From assembly GCA_017516825.1 (NCBI GenBank), contig JAFXBC010000043.1, positions 4,019 to 68,018 on the forward strand: a DNA stretch of 64,000 nucleotides. Direction: 5' to 3'. The position numbers and the translations under genes are program-made. This stretch comes from Clostridia bacterium. GTDB lineage: Bacteria; Bacillota; Clostridia; Oscillospirales; CAG-382. A model generated the notes under the pieces. It was not told the origin of the DNA, made no database searches, and saw only the letters and a list, made by a program, of their open reading frames with translations. This document shows positions 52,031-60,025 of the stretch, one piece after another; within the stretch, counting starts at the first letter, position 1, and the number at the start of each line of letters is the position of its first letter.

Positions 52031-52073
52031 CCATTTGTGAAAGTTTGATTATTTATGTTTAATAAGGATCATT

Positions 52074-53039
52074 ATGTACGAAAAGATCATCGAAGAACTG
52101 TCCGTGGACTTCCTGTCACGGCTTTACGGCACCCTGGATTCCAATCTCACCATCATTGAGGACGAATTTTCCGTCACCGTTTTGTGCAGAGACGGCGGTG
52201 TGAAGGTGCAGGGCTCCTCTCAAGCGGAGGTGGAGCAGGCCGCCGCCTGTATCTCCCAGCTCTACCGCATGTTTTCCATCTCCGGCAATCTGGAGGAAAA
52301 CTCCGTCCGCTACGTGATCTCCATGATTCGTGAGAACCGCGCCGACGAGCTTCACGCCCTGTACAGCGATTGCATCTGCCTCACCGGCAAGGGCAAGCCG
52401 GTAAAGGCCCGCACCGTGGGTCAGCGGAAATACGTGGACGCTATCCAAAAGAACACCTTGGTCTTCGGTATCGGCCCTGCGGGCACGGGAAAGACCTTCC
52501 TGGCCGTTGCCATGGCCGTCACCGCTTTGAAGCAAAAGCAGGTCTCCCGCATCATCCTCACCCGTCCCGCTGTGGAGGCAGGGGAGAAGCTGGGCTTTTT
52601 GCCCGGGGATCTCCAGAGTAAGATCGATCCCTACCTCCGTCCTCTGTACGACGCCTTGGGCGAATTGCTTGGGGGAGAGGGTGCCGCCCGCAACGCGGAA
52701 AAGGGGATCATCGAGGTCTGCCCTTTGGCGTATATGCGCGGCAGAACCTTAGACGACGCCTTCATCATCCTGGACGAGGCCCAGAACACCACTCCCGAGC
52801 AGATGAAGATGTTCTTGACCCGTCTCGGAAACAACAGCAAGGCCGTGGTCACGGGTGACGTCACCCAGATTGACCTTCCCCGCAATTGCAAGAGCGGCTT
52901 GGTGGAGGCTGTGCAGATTTTGCAGAATATCAAGGATATCGAGATCTTCCGCTTCTCCCGCAAGGACGTGGTGCGCCATCCCCTGGTACAGAAGATCATC
53001 GAGGCCTACGAGACCCGTACCCGGGACGACAGAGAGTAA
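52074..53039 (+). CDS. phoH: PhoH-family ATPase (YbeZ-like)
   Basis: Walker A GPAGTGKTFLAVA and the ILDEAQN motif. Confidence 0.9.
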   Translation: MYEKIIEELSVDFLSRLYGTLDSNLTIIEDEFSVTVLCRDGGVKVQGSSQAEVEQAAACISQLYRMFSISGNLEENSVRYVISMIRENRADELHALYSDCICLTGKGKPVKARTVGQRKYVDAIQKNTLVFGIGPAGTGKTFLAVAMAVTALKQKQVSRIILTRPAVEAGEKLGFLPGDLQSKIDPYLRPLYDALGELLGGEGAARNAEKGIIEVCPLAYMRGRTLDDAFIILDEAQNTTPEQMKMFLTRLGNNSKAVVTGDVTQIDLPRNCKSGLVEAVQILQNIKDIEIFRFSRKDVVRHPLVQKIIEAYETRTRDDRE

Positions 53040-53051
53040 AGGAGCCCTTTT

Positions 53052-53501
53052 ATGATCCGCTTTTACGTAGAACAAGACCCCGCGTACCCCATCCCCGTCA
53101 CCTACCTTCCCCTGATGAAGAAGGTGATCCGCACCTGCGTGGAGGAGCAGTATCCCAACCACCGCTTCGAGGTGGAGCTCACCCTCTGCGGGGACGAGGA
53201 GATCCACGGTATCAACAAGGAATTCCGAGGCATCGACCGTCCCACCGACGTGCTGTCCTTCCCCATGATGGAGTTTTCCATGCCCCAGGTATACGTCTCC
53301 CTGGGGAATATCGTCCTCTCCGTGGAGACCGCCCGCCGCCAGGCGGAGGAATACGGACATTCCTTAAAAAGAGAACTGTGCTTCCTGTGTGCCCATTCCG
53401 CATTGCATCTTCTGGGCTACGACCATGAGACGGAGGACGAGCGCGAGGAAATGGAAGCCAAGCAAAGAGAGATCCTGGATGCCCTGGGCATCAAACGATA
53501 A
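53052..53501 (+). CDS. ybeY: rRNA maturation endoribonuclease YbeY
   Basis: HSALHLLGYDHE zinc motif and TDVLSFPM. Confidence 0.9.
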   Translation: MIRFYVEQDPAYPIPVTYLPLMKKVIRTCVEEQYPNHRFEVELTLCGDEEIHGINKEFRGIDRPTDVLSFPMMEFSMPQVYVSLGNIVLSVETARRQAEEYGHSLKRELCFLCAHSALHLLGYDHETEDEREEMEAKQREILDALGIKR

Positions 53502-53520
53502 CAGATAAGGAACCGAATAT

Positions 53521-54411
53521 ATGACAAGAACCGCATTCATCACCATTACGGGCAAGCCCAACGTAGGCAAGTCCACTCTGCTGAACGCCCTGCTGGGGGA
53601 GAAGGTCGCCATCGTCTCCCGCAAGCCCCAGACCACCCGCAACCGTATCACGGGCATCCTCACCAAGGGGGAGGATCAGTACGTGTTCATCGATACCCCC
53701 GGCCTTCATAAGCCCAAAACCCTTTTGGGTGAATACATGATGAAGCAGGCGGGCAACGCCGCCTCGGATTCCGATGTGATCCTGTTCATGTTGGAGGCCT
53801 GCACCCCCTTGAACGCCACCGAGGAGGCCACCCTGGAGAAGTATTCCAACTCCCGCACCCCTCTGCTTTTGGTGATCAATAAGGTGGACAAGGCCAACAA
53901 GGCCAAGCTTGCCGCCCAGATCATGGAGCTTTCCACCAAATACGACTTTGACGCCGTCATCCCCGTGTCCGCCGCCAATAAGGACGGGCTGGAGGGCATC
54001 TTCAAGGAGCTGGAGCCCTTTATGACGGAAAGCGTCCATTTCTTCCCCGACGACGAGATCACCGACCAGCCGGAGCGGCAGATCTTTTCAGAGATCGTCC
54101 GCGAGAAGGCGCTTCGTCTCCTCAGCGAGGAGGTGCCCCACGGTATCGCTGTGGCCATCGAGGAATTCACCGAAAAGAAGGACGTCCTGGTGGTCCGTGC
54201 GGAGATCTTCTGCGAGCGCGCCTCCCACAAGCGGATCATCATCGGCAAGGACGGGGAGATGCTGAAAAAGATCGGCACCTACGCCCGTGAGGAAGCCCAG
54301 GAGATCTTCGGTGCCAGAGTGTACCTGGATCTGTGGGTCAAGGTCAAGGAGAACTGGCGGGATAAGCCCGTTCTGCTGAACAACTTCGGCTATAACGGCG
54401 AGGATTACTGA
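53521..54411 (+). CDS. era: GTPase Era
   Basis: GKPNVGKSTLLN, DTPG and NKVD motifs plus a KH domain. Confidence 0.95.
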   Translation: MTRTAFITITGKPNVGKSTLLNALLGEKVAIVSRKPQTTRNRITGILTKGEDQYVFIDTPGLHKPKTLLGEYMMKQAGNAASDSDVILFMLEACTPLNATEEATLEKYSNSRTPLLLVINKVDKANKAKLAAQIMELSTKYDFDAVIPVSAANKDGLEGIFKELEPFMTESVHFFPDDEITDQPERQIFSEIVREKALRLLSEEVPHGIAVAIEEFTEKKDVLVVRAEIFCERASHKRIIIGKDGEMLKKIGTYAREEAQEIFGARVYLDLWVKVKENWRDKPVLLNNFGYNGEDY

Positions 54412-55166
54412 TGCAACACAAAGTGAAAGGCATCGTTGTCCGGGAAGCCGCCAAGGGAGAAAACGATAAGCTGCTCACCATCCTCACGGGGGAAGAGGGT
54501 GTCATCACCGTCAGAGCCCCGGGGGTGAGAAAGCTTTCCGCCTCCAATCTGCGCTCCGCCCAGCTCTTTGCCTATTCCGACCTGCTTTTATACGTAAAAA
54601 ACGGCTTTTATACTCTGCAGGAATCCATCCTGCGGGAGGATTTCTACGCCCTGCGGGAGGACGTAACGGATTTCGCTTTGGGCTGTTACCTTTGCGAGCT
54701 TGCCTCTGCCGTCTCCGTAGGCGGGGAAGAGGGGAACGAGATCCTGCGGTTGTTGCTCAACGCCTTGTACGCCGCGGAAAAGAAGATCGCGCCTCCCAAG
54801 CTGATCAAGACCGCCTTTGAGTTCCGCCTGGCCGCCCTCATCGGCTACGAGCCGGAGCTTTCCGAATGCCCCCTTTGCGGCAAGCCTGCGGAGCAGATGC
54901 AAAACCGTATGTTCGAGCTGACCGACGGCTACCTGTTCTGCGCCTCCTGCGATTCTCCCGAGGAGGGCTTCACCCGCCGCGCTCCCGTGTCTCCCGCTTG
55001 CTTTGCCGCCATGAAGCATTTGCTGGTCTCCCCGGTGAACAAGATCTTCCTGTTCCGCCTGGAGGAGTCCGCCCTGGCAGAGCTTTCTGCTCTCACCGAG
55101 GAATACCTCTTATTGCGTGTAGAGCGTAAAATGAAGACACTGGATTTCTTGAAGAAAAACTTATAA
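54411..55166 (+). CDS. recO: DNA repair protein RecO
   Basis: TGATG overlap with era. OB N-terminus and zinc finger CPLCG ... CASC. Confidence 0.85.
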   Translation: MQHKVKGIVVREAAKGENDKLLTILTGEEGVITVRAPGVRKLSASNLRSAQLFAYSDLLLYVKNGFYTLQESILREDFYALREDVTDFALGCYLCELASAVSVGGEEGNEILRLLLNALYAAEKKIAPPKLIKTAFEFRLAALIGYEPELSECPLCGKPAEQMQNRMFELTDGYLFCASCDSPEEGFTRRAPVSPACFAAMKHLLVSPVNKIFLFRLEESALAELSALTEEYLLLRVERKMKTLDFLKKNL

Positions 55167-55173
55167 GGGTACG

Positions 55174-55252
55174 CTTAAGAAACTTTCTTTCGAAAAAGAA
55201 AGTTTCTTAAGAATCTTCAAAGAAACGCATTGCCAAAAGCTGGCGCTTTTGG
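55174..55252 (+). repeat. Bipartite 3'-end hairpin module E6
   Basis: CTTAAGAAACTTTCTTTCGAAAAAGAAAGTTTCTTAAG, linker AATCTTCAAAGAAACGCATTG, hairpin CCAAAAGCTGGCGCTTTTGG. Begins 7 nt after the recO stop. Confidence 0.8.
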
Positions 55253-55369
55253 AAGAAGGAAAAAAATGCGGGTTTCCAAAGGGACCCGGGTCCCTTTGGC
55301 GGGGAGTATAAGGGGCGGCGCCCCTTGGGCGTACTCCATACTTCACCCATCATCAAAAAGGAACAAACC

Positions 55370-57739
55370 ATGAAAGGTTTCGAAAAAGGAAAAATCGTAT
55401 TAGAATTTGATAAGATCATGGCCATCGCCGCAGGCTTCGCCTATACCGACAGCGGCAAAAGCGCCATCCTTGACAGTTACCCCTCCTCCGACCCCGTGGT
55501 GGTAAACCGCCGCCTGGACGAAACGGAGGAAGCCTTAGAGCTGTTGACCTATAAGGGCGCACCCCCGCTCTCCTGTGCCAACGGCATCCTCAACGCCGTG
55601 GAGCGCAGCCACAAGGGTGCCGTCCTGACTCCCGGAGAGCTGCTCTCCATCGCCGCCTTACTTCGCACCGCCATCGCCGTGAAGCAGTACGGTGCAGGGA
55701 AGGAGCATAAAGCCCTGGGCGTGTACTTCGGCGAGCTGGTGGAGCAACGTCCCCTTGCCGAGGAGATCGAGCGGATCATCATCGCCGAGGATATGATCGC
55801 TGACGACGCCTCCGACGACCTGTACCGCATCCGCCGCGCCATCCGCCGTGCGGAAAACGAGGTGCGGGAGGTGCTGAACCGTATCATCACAGGCCCCGCC
55901 CAGAAGCATTTGCAGGAGGCCATCGTCACCCAGCGTTCGGGGAGATTCGTGGTTCCCGTCAAGGCCTCGGAAAAGAGCGCCGTCAAGGGCATCGTCCACG
56001 ATTCCTCCGCCTCCGGTGCAACTCTGTTCATCGAGCCCGTAGGGGTGGTGGAGGCCAACAACAAGCTCCGTGACCTGATGGGTCAGGAAAAGGAGGAGAT
56101 CGAGAAGATCATGCGGGAGCTTTCCGCCACCGTTTCCTCCTACGGCAATACCATCGTCATCAACTACCGTACCGTCACCGACCTGGACGTGATCTTTGCC
56201 AGGGCTTCCTACTCCTCCCATATGCGCTCCACCCGTCCCAGAATGGGGGGCAAGGAGATCTGCATCGTCCGGGGAAGACACCCTCTGCTGGATCCCGCAA
56301 AGGTGGTTCCCTCCTCCCTCTGCTTCGGCGACGGGGAAAAGACCCTCATCGTCACAGGCCCCAACACAGGCGGTAAGACCGTCACCCTGAAGACCGTGGG
56401 TCTGTTTGCCTACCTGGCACAGGCGGGCTTCCTGCTTCCCTGCGACGACGGCACCGCATTGCCCGTGTTTACGGGAGTCCTTGCGGACATCGGTGACGAG
56501 CAAAGCATCGAGCAATCTCTCTCCACTTTCTCCTCCCACATGGTGAATATCGTCTCCATCTTAAAGGAGTGTGACAGCGGATGCCTGGTGCTGTTCGACG
56601 AGCTTGGCGCAGGTACCGACCCTACCGAGGGTGCGGCTCTGGCCATCTCCATCTTAGAGCGTGTCCGTTCCCTGGGCGCCCTCACCGCCGCCACCACCCA
56701 CTATTCCGAATTGAAGCTTTACGCTCTGGATACCCCCGGGGTGCTGAACGCATCCTGTGAGTTTGACGTGGATACCCTGCGCCCCACCTACCGTCTGATC
56801 ATCGGCCTGCCGGGCAGATCCAACGCCTTCGCCATCTCCTCTCGGCTGGGTCTGGAGGAAAGCATCATCGACTCCGCCCGTAACCTGCTGGCCGAGGATA
56901 ACATCCGCTTTGAGGACGTGATCTCCCGCTTGGAGGAAAGCGAGCAGACCCTGGAAAAGGAAAAGACCGCCGCCGCAGAGGCCAAGCGGAAGGCCCAAAC
57001 CACCGCCGAGGAGACCGAGCGGAAGAGCCGTGAGCTGTTGGACCGCGCCGATGCAGAGCTGGATCGCGCCCGTCAGCAGGCGAACCGTATCCTGGAGGCC
57101 GCCAAGGCCGCCAGCCGCCAGATCTTTACCGAGCTGGAGGCCATCAAAAAGCAGGAAGCCAAGAAGATGGATGCCGCCCGCATCGAGGAAGCCCGCCGTT
57201 CCATCCGCGGGATGATCAAGGATGCAGGTGACAAGGTAGGCGCCTTGGAAGATCGCCGCGACATGGACGAGGATTACGTCCTGCCCCGCCCCCTGAAGCC
57301 GGGAGACGCCATCCTGCTGGCAGACATCGGCTGTAACGCCACCGTCAAAAGCGTTTCCGGGGAGACCGTGGTGTGCATCGTGGGCAGAACGGAGACCCGT
57401 ACCGCCCTGTCCAACGTCCGCCTTACCAACCCGCCCAAGACCGGCGGCAAAAAGAAGACCGGCAACACCTCCTACACCCAGAACGCCGCGGCTACCAAAA
57501 ACGAATGCGACGTGCGAGGGCTTACCGGGGACGATGCCTGGTTCGTCATCGACCGTTGGCTGGAGGAGGTCCGCATGGCGGGCTTCACCACCGTCACCGT
57601 GATCCACGGCAAGGGCACGGGCGCCTTACGGGCCGCCCTTTGGCAGTTCTTCCGCAAGGACAACCGCATCGCCTCCTTCCGTATGGGAAGATACGGGGAG
57701 GGCGAGACCGGTGTTACCGTATTGGAAATGAAAAAATAA
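55370..57739 (+). CDS. mutS2: Endonuclease MutS2 (MutS domain V plus C-terminal Smr)
   Basis: ORF trimmed to ATG 55370. Motifs GPNTGGKT and DELGAGTDP. Smr tail VIHGKGTGALR. Confidence 0.9.
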   Translation: MKGFEKGKIVLEFDKIMAIAAGFAYTDSGKSAILDSYPSSDPVVVNRRLDETEEALELLTYKGAPPLSCANGILNAVERSHKGAVLTPGELLSIAALLRTAIAVKQYGAGKEHKALGVYFGELVEQRPLAEEIERIIIAEDMIADDASDDLYRIRRAIRRAENEVREVLNRIITGPAQKHLQEAIVTQRSGRFVVPVKASEKSAVKGIVHDSSASGATLFIEPVGVVEANNKLRDLMGQEKEEIEKIMRELSATVSSYGNTIVINYRTVTDLDVIFARASYSSHMRSTRPRMGGKEICIVRGRHPLLDPAKVVPSSLCFGDGEKTLIVTGPNTGGKTVTLKTVGLFAYLAQAGFLLPCDDGTALPVFTGVLADIGDEQSIEQSLSTFSSHMVNIVSILKECDSGCLVLFDELGAGTDPTEGAALAISILERVRSLGALTAATTHYSELKLYALDTPGVLNASCEFDVDTLRPTYRLIIGLPGRSNAFAISSRLGLEESIIDSARNLLAEDNIRFEDVISRLEESEQTLEKEKTAAAEAKRKAQTTAEETERKSRELLDRADAELDRARQQANRILEAAKAASRQIFTELEAIKKQEAKKMDAARIEEARRSIRGMIKDAGDKVGALEDRRDMDEDYVLPRPLKPGDAILLADIGCNATVKSVSGETVVCIVGRTETRTALSNVRLTNPPKTGGKKKTGNTSYTQNAAATKNECDVRGLTGDDAWFVIDRWLEEVRMAGFTTVTVIHGKGTGALRAALWQFFRKDNRIASFRMGRYGEGETGVTVLEMKK

Positions 57740-57760
57740 AACGTATAAAGGAGCAAACAC

Positions 57761-59560
57761 ATGACCGACGTAAGAGCCGATATTCCGGCAAAGTACAAAT
57801 GGGATCTCTCCGTGATCTACGCAGACATGAAGGCCTTTGATGCCGACTATGACCGCGCCAAGGAAATGATCGCCGCATTCCCTGCCCATAAGGACACCAT
57901 GCTCACAAGTGCAGAGGCGCTGTACAATATGTTCTGCGATATGACCGCTCTGGGCCGTATCCTCCAGAAGCTTTACAGCTACGCCTCCCTTAACTCCGAC
58001 GTGGACACCTCCGATAACAGCTACGTTTCCCTGAAGGGCCGCGTGATGAACCTGGACAACGACCTGTCCGCCGCCGCCTTCTTCGTGGATCCCTACCTTC
58101 TCCGCCTGGACGACGAGACTCTGAACAAATGGTTCGCCGAATTCCCCAAGCTGGAGGAATACCGCCGCTCCATCGAGGCCTCCCTCCGCTACCGTCCCCA
58201 CACCCTGTCCGACGAGTGCGAAAAGCTGATGGCAGACCTGTCCGCAGGCTTCCACACCCACGGCAACATCCGCTCCACCTTCTCCAACGCCGATCTCACC
58301 TTCGGCAAGATCAAAGGGGAAGACGGCAAGCCCGTGACGCTCACCGACAGCACCTACGGCATCTTCCTCCAAAGCACCAACCGCCGCGTCCGTAAGGCGG
58401 CCTTCGACCGTATCTACGCTACCTATTCCTCCTTCGGCAACACCTACGCCGCACTGATGAACTCCTTCGTCAAGGAGCGCACCACCTACGCCAAGGTGAG
58501 AAACTTCCCCGACAGCATCACCGCCTCCGTCTTCCGTGACGAGGTGACCCCCGTTATCTACAACAACCTGTGCGACACCGTTTCCAAGAACCTGAAGCCT
58601 CTCTACGATTACTACGCGCTGAAGAAGAAGGCTCTGGGTGTTCCCAAGCTTCACCTCTACGACATCTACACCCCCCTCATCTCCTCCTGCGACCGTAAGT
58701 ATACCTACGAGGAAGCGGTTGACATCGTCCTGGATGCCATCAAGCTCTTCGGCGAGGAATACCACTCCACCCTGTCCGCAGGCCTTAAGGAAAAGGGCTG
58801 GGCAGACGTTTACCCCAACAAGGGCAAGCGTGGCGGTGCTTACAGCTCCGGCAGCTACGATACCGAGCCCTATATCCTTTTGAACTATACCGACACCCTG
58901 GACGACGTTTCCACCCTGGCACACGAAGCAGGCCACTCCATGCACAGCTACTTCTCCGCCAAGGCCAACACGCCCCAGGAATCCCACTACACCATCTTCG
59001 TGGCAGAGGTCGCCTCCACCGTCAACGAGCTGGTGCTGTTCCGCAAGCTCCTCCGCGAGTCCGACAACCGCGAGGAAAAGCTGTACATTCTCAATCAGCT
59101 CATGGAGACCTACAAGGGCACCCTCTACCGCCAGACCATGTTCGCAGAGTTCGAAAAGGAAATGCACGCCATGGTGGAAGCAGGGGAGACCCTCACCAAG
59201 GATCTGCTGTGCAAGCGCTACTACGAGCTGGTACGCCGTTACTTCGGCAAGGACGTTGTCTGCGATAAGCAGATCGCCTGCGAGTGGATGCGTATTCCTC
59301 ACTTCTACTACAACTTCTACGTTTACAAGTACGCCACCTGTATCTCCGCCGCTTCCGCCATCGTGAAGAAGATCGAGGAGCAGGGTGACGCGTACGTGGA
59401 GAAGTATCTGAACTTCTTAAAGTGCGGCGGATCCCGCAGTCCTCTGGACAGCCTGCTGGTTGCCGATATCGACCTCACCAAGCCCGAGGTCATCGAGGAC
59501 GCCATCGCCGACTTCGCCGCGGCCGTGGAGCAGTTCCGCACCCTCTACGAGGCTGAATAA
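57761..59560 (+). CDS. pepF: Oligoendopeptidase F (M3B)
   Basis: HEAGHSMH zinc motif and family-typical length. Confidence 0.9.
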   Translation: MTDVRADIPAKYKWDLSVIYADMKAFDADYDRAKEMIAAFPAHKDTMLTSAEALYNMFCDMTALGRILQKLYSYASLNSDVDTSDNSYVSLKGRVMNLDNDLSAAAFFVDPYLLRLDDETLNKWFAEFPKLEEYRRSIEASLRYRPHTLSDECEKLMADLSAGFHTHGNIRSTFSNADLTFGKIKGEDGKPVTLTDSTYGIFLQSTNRRVRKAAFDRIYATYSSFGNTYAALMNSFVKERTTYAKVRNFPDSITASVFRDEVTPVIYNNLCDTVSKNLKPLYDYYALKKKALGVPKLHLYDIYTPLISSCDRKYTYEEAVDIVLDAIKLFGEEYHSTLSAGLKEKGWADVYPNKGKRGGAYSSGSYDTEPYILLNYTDTLDDVSTLAHEAGHSMHSYFSAKANTPQESHYTIFVAEVASTVNELVLFRKLLRESDNREEKLYILNQLMETYKGTLYRQTMFAEFEKEMHAMVEAGETLTKDLLCKRYYELVRRYFGKDVVCDKQIACEWMRIPHFYYNFYVYKYATCISAASAIVKKIEEQGDAYVEKYLNFLKCGGSRSPLDSLLVADIDLTKPEVIEDAIADFAAAVEQFRTLYEAE

Positions 59561-59582
59561 GAGTACGAATAGGAACGCGTTT

Positions 59583-59659
59583 AAGGGGAAACTTTCGAAA
59601 AAGTTTCCCCTTAAAAATCCCCTTCAAACCTCAATGCCCGATCCGTTTCACGAATCGGG
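59583..59659 (+). repeat. Bipartite 3'-end hairpin module E4
   Basis: AAGGGGAAACTTTCGAAAAAGTTTCCCCTT, linker AAAAATCCCCTTCAAACCTCAATG, hairpin CCCGATCCGTTTCACGAATCGGG, with a T-run at 59666-70. Begins 22 nt after the pepF stop. Confidence 0.8.
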
Positions 59660-59915
59660 AAGCGGTTTTTGTCACCTCTGCGAAACCCGGTCCGTTGGAC
59701 TCATCTCGTACGGAACGTAGCCACGGCTACTTGTCACCCTGAGCAAGCGCGGAATGGAGCTGTTACGGCTGTGCACAACGGTATATCTCCGCGCGCGTCG
59801 AACTGTGGGGAGTGGCGTTAGCCCGAACCACAGGCAAAAAATGCCTCGCATTTTTTGAGGGTATGGGATGCTTTTCGATACAGCCTTTTTTCGCATATCA
59901 ACTCACACCCCCCGC

Positions 59916-60012
59916 AAAAAAACAGGCTCGGAAACACTCCAAGCCTGTTTTTTCTTCACAATGAGTTTCTTGAAAGGTGCGGAAAACTTCTTTTTCGAAA
60001 GAAGTTTTCTGC
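59916..60012 (-). repeat. Bipartite 3'-end hairpin module E8
   Basis: On the minus strand: GCAGAAAACTTCTTTCGAAAAAGAAGTTTTCCGC, linker ACCTTTCAAGAAACTCATTGTGAAG, hairpin A6-CAGGCT..AGCCTG-T7. Begins 13 nt after the sigma-fusion stop. Confidence 0.8.
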
Positions 60013-60025
60013 AAACCGTACCCCC

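Larger units (their letters stand above)
59580..60012. repeat. ~430-bp direct repeat, copy 1 (pepF / sigma-fusion spacer)
   Basis: Aligns end to end with 62621..63051. About 32 differences by hand alignment, only 6 of them in the central ~235 nt. Confidence 0.9.

Noticed and set aside
59700-59830. tRNA-like or group II intron domain-V-like fragments (GTTCGA on the minus strand; CGTACGGAAC).
   Set aside because: No cloverleaf can be drawn, because the stems flanking GTTCGAC do not pair. The CGTACGG segment lacks the complementary GAGCCGTAT half, the AGC triad context and any intron-encoded RT ORF.
59672-59896. A 74-aa ORF inside the 430-bp repeat, with its twin at 62712..62936. This is a possible small conserved protein.
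   Set aside because: The two copies differ at 4 nucleotides and all 4 change the amino acid (P/L, S/I, Y/C, D/N). There is no ribosome-binding site. The overlapping plus-strand ORFs (59868..60059 and 62908..63099) lose frame between copies. This behaviour is that of non-coding sequence.
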